64,000 nucleotides of DNA from Eledone cirrhosa (Eukaryota). The stretch covers positions 223,076,001-223,140,000 of the forward strand of contig OZ024741.1 in NCBI GenBank assembly GCA_964016885.1. Direction: 5' to 3'. A program made the position numbers and the translations under genes. The notes beneath the pieces were generated by a model. It was not told where the DNA came from. It was given only the letters and a program-made list of their open reading frames with translations, and did no database searches. Below, piece after piece: positions 1-10,169 of the stretch (the first letter of the stretch is position 1; every line of letters begins with the position of its first letter).

Positions 1-1240
<1,240 letters not shown>

Positions 1241-1281
1241 ACGATATTAACAAATGAAAACTATATTTATAAAACCATATT

Positions 1282-1346
1282 TATTTTATTATACATATTT
1301 CAAGGACACCGCGTTAAATTATGGTGTGCTTTCATCAGACAAAATA
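1282..1346 (-). ncRNA. Minimal type I hammerhead ribozyme (left arm copy)
   Basis: Reverse strand reads UAUUUUGU-CUGAUGA-AAGcACACC..GGUGUcCUU-GAAA-UAUGU-AUA-AUAAAAUA. Confidence 0.7.
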
Positions 1347-1981
1347 CAATATAGATCAGTTTTATAAATAAATATTGACATACCCTTAAACAATGCAACC
1401 ATTACTGTTGGAAGCTCCCGGGTAGTGGAGTTGTTTACTTATATTATTATTAGTATTGGATATTTTTATTTTTAAAATAAGTCGTTGGCTTACAGAGAAA
1501 GAAAAAGAAGGAGAGAGAGAAAAAGAGAGAAAGAAAGAAAAAAGAGAGAAAAGAGAGAGAGATATACCAAAACAACAGAGAGAGAAAAAATATAGCGATA
1601 GAGAGGAGAGAACGAAAACACTAAGACATATCTATTTATTTATTTATTTATTTATTCTCAATTGTTAAGTTAACTCAACAAGATATGACTTAGTGTTTTC
1701 GTTCTCTCCCCTTCTCTCTGTCTCCTCTCTATCTCTATATTTTTTCTCTCTCTGTTGTTTTGGTATATCTCTCTCTCTTTTCTCTCCTTTTTCTTTTTTC
1801 TTTCTTTCTCTCTTTTTCTCCTTTTTCTTTCTCTGTAAGCCAACGACTTATTTTAAAAATAAAAATATCCAATACTAATAATAATATAAGTAAACAACTC
1901 CACTACCCGGGAGCTTCCAACAGTAATGGTTGCATTGTTTAAGGGTATGTCAATATTTATTTATAAAACTGATCTATATTG

Positions 1982-2047
1982 TATTTTGTCTGATGAAAGC
2001 ACACCATAATTTAACGTGGTGTCCTTGAAATATGAAATAATAAAATA
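1982..2047 (+). ncRNA. Minimal type I hammerhead ribozyme (right arm copy)
   Basis: CUGAUGA at 1990, stem II AAGcACACCA/UGGUGUcCUU, GAAA, AUA triplet, stem I UAUUUUGU/AUAAAAUA. Confidence 0.68.
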
Positions 2048-2173
2048 AATATAGTTTTATAAATATAGTTTCCATTTGTTAATATCGTATGTTTACTCCA
2101 AATACTTGAGTGCTTTATATCAGTTATAAAAATATTTGCTTGTTGTATCCCAACAATTTAAATAGAACTTTTG

Positions 2174-2535
2174 CACATATATATATATATGTATATGTGT
2201 ATATATGTATATATATATGTATATGTATATGTATATATATATATATGTATGAGTATATGTGTGTGTATATGTGTATGTTTGTGTATATATGTGTATATGT
2301 ATATATATATATGTATATATGTGTATATATGTATATATATGTATATATATGTGTGTGTGTGTATATATATATATATGTGTGTGTATATATATTTGTATAT
2401 ATATGTGTATATATGTGTGTATAAATATATATGTATATATATGTGTATATGTATATATATATATACACATATATATATGTATATATATATATACATATAT
2501 ATATGTGTGTGTGTGTGTTTGTGTGTATGTGAATG
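2174..2535. repeat. (TA)n/(TG)n microsatellite
   Basis: Visible directly. Confidence 0.95.
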
Positions 2536-2975
2536 TGTCTGTTAACACCTGGAATATAGCTTAAGAGAAATTTGAAGATAATGATATGATAGTCACTCAA
2601 TATTTTGAACTGGTCTATAGAATTCTCTCTGCCTTTGTCACTCTAGTAGAACTTTAAAGAATTAGCTTTTAAAGAATTTCCCTTTTCTTTAAATCCACCA
2701 ACCATGACCGACCCCCAACGATCTTATAGACACCTGAAATATAGGCATTGTTAGCTTAAGAGAAACTTAAAAATAAGGAGTGGCACCCCATGCTGAACAC
2801 GTTTATAGAATTATTTCTGCCTTTGTCACTCTAAATATAAATTATATCTTTAAAGAATTAGCTTTTAATGAATTCCCTTTTCTTTCAACCAATGACCTCT
2901 ACCCATCCCACTCCCCACCCTCTCCTACCACCTGAAAAGAGATATAAATACCACAACATTTATTTTTGGAAAGCC

Positions 2976-3026
2976 AGATTCCTGATGATTTCTAAAGAAT
3001 GAAACAGTTCTAGTCCTGTAGAATCT
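2976..3026 (+). ncRNA. Type I hammerhead ribozyme, predicted GUA cleavage after 3020
   Basis: AGAUUC-CUGAUGA-uUUC UAAA GAAu-GAAA-CAG(uucuaguc)CUG-UA-GAAUCU. Stem I is a perfect 6 bp and stem III is complete. Confidence 0.82.
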
Positions 3027-3041
3027 CATCTATATTAAAAC

Positions 3042-3100
<59 letters not shown>

Positions 3101-3743
3101 TAAATATTGATAAATAAAAATATCGATTTGTTGACCAATAACTCCTCGATGTAAATTACTCAGGTCCCAAATAATAGGGAGGGGTGTGTGAAATAAGCGG
3201 AGAAGTTGGAAAATCGGTAATTTTTCTTGGTTGCCTCCGTTGATTTAAAAAAAACAGAATTGGTCGTTTAGTTTACATACTGCGATCCCAACTCATACTA
3301 TTTATTTTGTAACGTGTGGGATTTCTAGTAATGTACTTTTTTTGTCATATATCATGTTTTTTTTTTAATATCTAAAGAAATGTTATTTCCACAGGGATGT
3401 TACCACTTAGAATAAAATTTCGTCGGAAATAGATTAACAGCATTTAATAAGCGGAAGAGGGGGGGGGGTCTGAAAAAGTAATACGGGGGAGGGGGGACAC
3501 GATACCCGAGAGTAAGCGCTAAAAAACAAGCCGATAGCATTCACATAGATATTGTTATAGATACAATAATTTTAATATCTTGCATAAAAACAAAATATAT
3601 GACCAATTAGAACAATGAATTGTTACTTACATTATATTAGCAATATATATATACTGTAGTAAAAGTTTGGTAGAAATATCCAAAGGTAAGAGCACTCAGT
3701 CCTTAGGTCGAGTTTAGTATAAATAATTACAACAGTGATATAA

Positions 3744-3793
3744 ACAGGTACTTAAGTTTCGTTGGGTTCTGGGTCCCAACTCATTCAGCCTGT
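3744..3793 (-). ncRNA. Type I hammerhead ribozyme with a one-nucleotide core insertion (CUGAAUGA)
   Basis: Reverse strand reads ACAGG-CUGAAUGA-GUUGGG(acccagaa)CCCAAC-GAAA-CUUAAG-UA-CCUGU. Stems I and II are perfect and stem III is palindromic. Confidence 0.8.
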
Positions 3794-4339
3794 CATAGTC
3801 ATAAGAAAAAGAATATATATATGAAATGTAGAAAATAACACACGAGTTGATATATATAAGAACAAATAGTAGAGAGGAAAAAGATTTTTTCAGTAGAAAA
3901 TGCTGGAGTGTTGATGACTTTAATGGGTTTCACCGGTTTGGACACAGGCTATGTCTATACTGAATGCGGTGAGTGTGTTGGCTTGCCTCAAAATTTATCA
4001 GTTGTGACACCAGCGGTCTTTCTTGTGGTATGTTATTGACTATGAGTAGTGAATCTCTATTGTTTCTTTTATGAATCATATTTTTGCTACTACTTACTTA
4101 TATTTTTTTGTTATGTTGAGACACGAAATGAATTAATTGCCAATTTTTATTCATTTTATAGGATAGATGTGGGTACAAATAAAAAGGAAGAGCAACCAAA
4201 ACGCAACGTGGAAGTTGAGAAGTTTTGACTCATTTCCGCATTGTTAGCAGTTTTAAGATGTCAACGAGTCTGTCTCATCAGATGTATAGTAAATAATTAT
4301 TTCTACTTTTAGGCACAAGGCCAGCAAATATATATATAC

Positions 4340-4391
<52 letters not shown>

Positions 4392-4393
<2 letters not shown>

Positions 4394-4553
4394 CGAAGGA
4401 GGTGTGGTAAGGAACCAGATGGACCATAACGCACCAGAGTACTCAATACTTAGAGTAGTAGAGTGGGTAATAGGAAAAAGTTTAACCCCGACGGCAGAGC
4501 TCTAGCCATCGAAACGGCTTGAGCTCTGCCGGCGGGGTTAAACTTTTTCCTAT
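4392..4553. mobile_element. Short interspersed repeat with terminal fold-back; related copies at 8130-8260 (reverse) and 22297-22490
   Basis: Shared gaccataacgcaccagagtactcaatacttagagtagtagagtgggtaataggaaaa. Inverted arms at 4470-4553. Flanked by (TA)n. Confidence 0.8.
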
Positions 4554-4608
4554 ATATATATATTAAAATACAAATATTAATAAAATAGATGTTCTTGTGA
4601 TCAATTAA

Positions 4609-4661
4609 ATGTTATTATACATATTTCAGATGTACAACAGTACGTCCTCATCAGATAAAAT
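4609..4661 (-). ncRNA. Minimal type I hammerhead ribozyme
   Basis: Reverse strand reads AUUUUAU-CUGAUGA-GGAcGUAC(UGUU)GUACaUCU-GAAA-UAUGU-AUA-AUAACAU. Confidence 0.72.
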
Positions 4662-4810
4662 AAAATGATACATGACATACCCTGAGATCTTAAATGGTTA
4701 CGATTTAATCAAGGTAGTGATTAAATCTAGGTAGTGATTAGTACAACCTTGATTAAATCTTGATTTAATCTTAACCATTTAACATCTCAGGGTATGTCAT
4801 GTATCATTTT

Positions 4811-4861
4811 ATTTTATCTGATGAGGACAATGTTGTACCTCTGAAATATGTATAATAAAAT
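4811..4861 (+). ncRNA. Minimal type I hammerhead ribozyme
   Basis: AUUUUAU-CUGAUGA-(stem II, partly decayed)-GAAA-UAUGU-AUA-AUAAAAU. Stem I is a perfect 7 bp. Confidence 0.68.
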
Positions 4862-5089
4862 TTAATTGATCACACGAACATCTATTTTATTAATATTTGT
4901 ATTTTAATATATATATATATATATATACATATAGGAAAAAGGTGTAGAACTAAGCAGAGTGTAAATATAATTTTGATTACAGAGTCGGTCTAGATCGATA
5001 CAGATCGAACCTTGAACTGATCAATAGCGAAACACGCGTCACTACCTCAATAAACGTAATGAAGACATAACAAACCGTCCTTTTATCAT

Positions 5090-5128
<39 letters not shown>

Positions 5129-5209
5129 GGTAAACAGAAATAACAACACAATCAGTACAGTGTATGGAAGGAATATATTAGGTTAACGCTTGAAATAGCA
5201 GGAAGATGG

Positions 5210-5245
5210 TCTTACAGTTTCGGACGCTAGTCCTTCATCAGAAGA
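5210..5245 (-). ncRNA. Minimal hammerhead-like motif
   Basis: Reverse strand reads CUGAUGA-A-GGAC(UAGC)GUCC-GAAAC-U-GUA-AGA. Stems I and III are weak. Confidence 0.55.
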
Positions 5246-5309
5246 AAGAATGAGAAATTAGATAGATTGAAGGGACGGGCGGCGCGGAATTGGAAATATC
5301 TATATATAT

Positions 5310-7172
5310 ATGAAGACAGATTACTACATCACCCTAGTACTCTCAACTCTAGAAAACGAAACATATTACAAAAAGGCCCAACACTACACACAACAGAAAA
5401 TAATGAGAAACCTAAAATCCCTAACAACCCTTTACAAAAGAAGGCCTTACCGACAAGGAATACAACTACATCACCAATTTCAAAAGCAGAACCAGCCTCT
5501 TCTACGGTATCCCCAAGACACACAAAAGTGAAGTAATAGGCAGGGCCTGCAAGGAAGCCACAGACATTTACATCAATATCCCCCTCCTGATGACCTTAAA
5601 TTAAGACCCATAATAGCAGGCACCACATGTGAAACCCACAGCCTAAGCAACTTCCTAGATATTCTGCTTACACCTTTCCTAAAACACATAAAAAGCTTCA
5701 TAAGGGACGACCTTGACATGCTCAACCACCTCCCAACAACACTCAATAACGAACATACCCTACTAGTAACCTTTGATGTCATCAATCTATATTCCAATAT
5801 CCCACACAACCTAGGTATAGAGGCAATACAATTCTGGATGGAAAATTTCCCTAATGAACTTCCACAGCGCATCCCTAAAGAATTTGTGTTGTAGGGCCTC
5901 AAATTCATCTTGGAAAACAATTTCTTCGAATTCAATGCCAAATACTACAGACAGAAATCTGGGACTGCCATGGGCACGAAAGTGGCCCCCTCATACGTCA
6001 ACCTTGTCATAGGATATTTGGAAACTACTCTCTACCGAAAAATTCTAGACAAATACGGCAATCACTTCTACCAACACATAGAAAAGAACTGGAAGAGATA
6101 TCTGGACGACTGCTTCATCCTCTGGCATGAAAGTATAGACAGACTGATTGAGTTTAAAACCCTTCTGAATGAACTCAACACAAACATTCAATTTACAATG
6201 GAATACAGCCATGAACAACTCCCTTTCCTTGACATCCTCATCAAGAAAACAAACAACAAAATAGAAACAGACATATACTATAAATCCAGACTCCAAACAA
6301 TACCTTCCATTCAACTCGTGCCACTCTAGACACACCAAAATGACAATTCCTTATAACCTAGCCAGAAGGATGTGCACAATAGTTTCAGATAAATCCACAT
6401 GCTACACACGACTAGAAGAATTAAAGAACACACTTATCAGCAGAAACTACCCACCATCCCTAATCACCAATGGATTCCAATGTGCCCTAAAACTCAACAT
6501 CCAGGAACTCAGACACCCCAAACCCAGGAATGAACCGAAACAGAAAACTCTACCATACATCTCCACACACAACCTCCTCAACAATGAGGCATTCGACACC
6601 ATCCTCCAGAACATTCCTTTACTAAAAAGAGACCCAAGAATGAACAAAATCCTCCAAACACACAACATCATAAAGAGCAAAAGACAACCTAAATCCATTA
6701 AAAACACCCTCACACAAGCCAAAATCCAACCAACCCTCACAATGAACCCTACAGTAAAAAATGCGGAAGGCCCAACTGTGGTATATGCATAAATCTAATA
6801 GACGGTTCAACATTCCACTTTAAACAAAGACAACATTTCACAGTTAAACACAACTTTACATGTGCATCTGAAAACCTAATCTATGTTTTGACCTGCTCAG
6901 GTTGTCGAGAGCACTACATAAGACAGACAAAGGACAGCCTCCGACAATGTATGACCGTCCATAGATCACAAATCAAAATACAGGAATACAGAAAGATTTC
7001 TTTTAGTGAACATATCGCCAATTGTGCACCTAACCAACTACCAAACTTGAGAATTTTCCCCATTTACAAATTCATAGACAACGCTACTTTCATCCATCGT
7101 ACTAATAAGGAAACATACTTCATTAACAAATTCCAACCTCTACTTAATGGACTAAACTTCGGACAAAACTAA
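5310..7172 (+). mobile_element. Penelope-like retroelement (Neptune-type), degenerate RT + Cys linker + GIY-YIG endonuclease
   Basis: ORF pieces YYRQKSGTAMGTKVAPSY, WKRYLDDCF, LPFLDILI, IPYNLARRMCTI, then NLIYVLTCSGCREHYIRQT and FQPLLN. Frameshifts and stops present. Confidence 0.92.
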
Positions 7173-7451
7173 AACTGGAACAAACAATGAACCATAGTCC
7201 AAAATCCCTACGTTCTCTAAAGAGTTACCTCCTGTACACCCTACCTAATCCTTTTTCTTATATAAATGAATTACCCCCCTCTCCTCTCTTTCTCCTACCC
7301 GACCACCCTAAATTACCCCCCCCCCCCCTCCCCCTGCATATTAATTCTCTAAAAAGGGGAAACACATCCAATCCCAGACAGCCATTTGCATCCATCAAGG
7401 ATCAACTTCTTTAAGCGATCTTGCCATAATAACATTTTTTGTACTGCTTAT

Positions 7452-7700
7452 CCTCAAAAACCTTGTTTGTAAATAATATTATTCTTTCTTTCCCATTACC
7501 TTATCATGTTCCACATCACCCTTTTTTTTACTTCAAAAACCTTGTTTGTAAATAATATTATTCTTTCTTTCCCATTACCTTATCATGTTCCACATCACCC
7601 TTTTTTTAACTTCAAAAACCTTGTTTGTAAATAATATTATTCTTTCTTTCCCATTACCTTATCATGTTCCACATCACCCTTTTTTTGACTTCAAAAACCT
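7452..7700. repeat. Tandem repeat, about 79-bp unit x3, downstream of the Penelope ORF
   Basis: tcaaaaaccttgtttgtaaataatattattctttc... recurs near 7454, 7533 and 7613. Confidence 0.9.
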
Positions 7701-7999
7701 TATATTATTCTTTCTTTCTCATTTCAATAACATGTTCATCATCACCTTATTTTCACTCCTACATTTTATATCAATACAAATTCCCCCTATATATATATAT
7801 TGTTAAACATGGGGAGGGTTCAAAAATATTGTTGTAATAATATTGCCAGAAATAGTAACAGAACACACTCACTGTTTGGTTTGGGTTGGTTTTCGCTTCT
7901 GTATCTTTTATATCTCCATAGTTAATTTATTTGGCAATCAACGTTTATCATTGATTGACCAACGGTTAAAAATACAGATATAAATATATATATATAGCC

Positions 8000-8046
8000 T
8001 ATCAAAGTTCTTTCGTTGCACATCTGCAGCATCATCAGTGGTACTA
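8000..8046 (-). ncRNA. Degenerate hammerhead-like motif
   Basis: Reverse strand reads GUACCA-CUGAUGA-U-GcUGCA(GAUG)UGCAaC-GAAA-GAACUU-UGAUA. Confidence 0.45.
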
Positions 8047-8605
8047 TTATGTTTCCTCCTGTTATATATATAATAGAAATAGGATTTCGCTTCAAGCATA
8101 GCTTTATACAAATAATCCTAGTTCGGATCTAGCTGTCGAAATGGCCGGAGCTCAGCCGTCGGGGTCCTGACACTTTTCCTATTACCCACCCTACTACCCT
8201 AAGTATCGAGTACTCTGGTGCGTTATGGTCCCCATGATGTCTTACCACACATTCTTTGTTTATATATATATATATATCCACCGTGCATTCGTTCATTCTT
8301 TCTCTCCATTCCCTCTCATTGCTCCCTACCTTTTCCCCTCTCCCTCCCACTGTTACCTTCTTCCTTCCCCTCTCTCCCTTCTACAGGCCAGCTCTACTGA
8401 TGCCAACATTCTTCCGTTCTTGCGACGACTTGGGGGTCGATCAGACGCATTTCATCTTTCTCTCTCTCTAACCTGTCCCAACACAAACAATATATAAACG
8501 AAGATATTTGACTCTCTGTTACGAGCCCCCTATTCCCCGCAGTAATCTCATTAATTCGTCAAAACTGCTGGAGGTTGAGATCTGATGAGCGTATATTATT
8601 GTTTC

Positions 8606-8792
8606 GGGGGATTGGCAGTATCGGTAGAGAGTCGGACACCATGCTTTGAAGCATAGAGTTACGTCCCTTTATGATCTGAGTTCAAACCCCGCCGAGGTTA
8701 ACTTTGCCTTTCATCCTTACGGGGTCGATAAAATAAAGTACCAGTAATGCACTGGGTAATTGCTGGCCTTGTGCCAAAAGTAGAAACAATTA
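8606..8792 (+). mobile_element. tRNA-derived SINE with Meta-like central domain
   Basis: A box TGGCAGTATCGG, B box GAGTTCAAA, then gcctttcatccttacggggtcgataaaataaagtaccag. Target-site duplication attattgttt. Confidence 0.85.
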
Positions 8793-9042
8793 TTGTTTGT
8801 GACCTATTCGTTTTCATCCATTCTTTTTCCTCCTTCCTATCTTCCTTTTTTCGAGCCAACTCACATCAAGCCGCTGATCTCTGTCCTTCGAGGTAATATT
8901 TTACTCAACGCCACTTTGATCATATTTTGCTATTCTAACAGCTTTCATACGGCGAGTTTTCCCATTTTCCTGAGAATCCTATACACTCACGTTTCATAAC
9001 TCTACTTTCGAGTTAAATTTGTTTATATATATGTGTGTGTGT

Positions 9043-9073
<31 letters not shown>

Positions 9074-9439
9074 AATGTAGGTCAGTGTTTGGGTGTTGTG
9101 AAAGCTGAAAAGGCTTAAGAGTGGATATAGAGCTTTTCTTTTGTCTTGTGGTATGTGTGCATGCGTGTTTTGTCATTGTGTCCCTGGTATCAAAAGATCA
9201 AAATTATTTTTAGGTTTAGCAAATAAAATCAAGAACAAAAATAGAAATAGAAACAAACAGGTATAAACATGATTGAAAGGGGTCCTTGGGGGGGGGGGGG
9301 TCCTGGCAGAAAAAAAAACTTTCTTTATTGGCAACATGGGCCTACATATAGTGGACAATACAAAACGACGACGACGGGGGGGGGGGGGGGGGGGGTTTAC
9401 AAAAAATCGCCTAAAAAAATCTCTCCACCCTCACCTTCC

Positions 9440-9925
9440 TTTCCAAGTGAAACTTGAAAAAGTTGATGAAGAGAAAAGAGAAAATATGTCTGTCTTCAGT
9501 CCTTTCAATCTGGTCTACCATACAACCTCTTTCGCTACAGCCATCAGACAGAAGAAAACTGCCTGCCCTTCCCGACCAAAAGAATGTGGTAGGTCGATCT
9601 TCACTATGGACTTGGTCGATAGCCGGATCCATCCAACACGCGTTAACAGCTGGTCGACATAATTCCACAAGTCTATAATGCACGGACACTGAACGAGTGT
9701 GTGCGGAACGGTTTCGGCGTTCTGCGCGCATCTTGGGGCATGTCCGTCTGACAGCACTCCCGTGCCTGTAGAGTTTATCTCGAACCAGCAGTTCCCCCCG
9801 CCCCGTAGCACTGCCAAGTGAGAGATTTCTGGAAGTTATCCATAGTCCCCGGCTCGAAAGTCTTCCGGAACAGACTGGTCAGTTCGATTTCGTTGACACC
9901 AGAGCTTCTCCAAGAGCATCGTTAC
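9440..9925 (-). mobile_element. L1/Tx1-like LINE 3' fragment (C-terminal CCHC-like region)
   Basis: PRCAQNAETVPHTLVQCP..LWNYV...AKEVVW. Confidence 0.7.
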
Positions 9926-10169
9926 ACATGCACACCATTAATCCTCTATGAGTAAAATATAAAACAATGAAAATGAAAATAAAAATGGAAAGGAAGAAAT
10001 GAAGGAAAAGAAGAATGAGACAAAAGAAAGAAGAATGCTAAGGAAAAAAGGTCTTTAGTAGAGGTTTCCTTGGAGTTATGGTTTTTTCCTTTTATCTTGT
10101 GATTTGTGTGTGGTTGCAAGTGTTTGCATACTGGTGTGTGTAAATTTGTTATTCCCAACCATAGAACAC

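Larger units (their letters stand above)
1241..2088. repeat. Fold-back element, arms about 1241-1625 and 1688-2088, probably derived from a Penelope pLTR
   Basis: acgatattaacaaatg... at 1241 is the reverse complement of ...catttgttaatatcgt ending near 2088. The arms match throughout, including ttacagagaaag/ctttctctgtaa. Confidence 0.9.
4559..4912. repeat. Fold-back element with a hammerhead motif in each arm
   Basis: attaaaatacaaatattaataaaatagatgttc matches gaacatctattttattaatatttgtattttaat in reverse complement. Flanked by (TA)n. Confidence 0.9.

Noticed and set aside
8575-8605. CTGATGAG motif; also 4275 (reverse) and 5017-5040
   Set aside because: No complete stem II-GAAA-NUH-stem I arrangement could be built.
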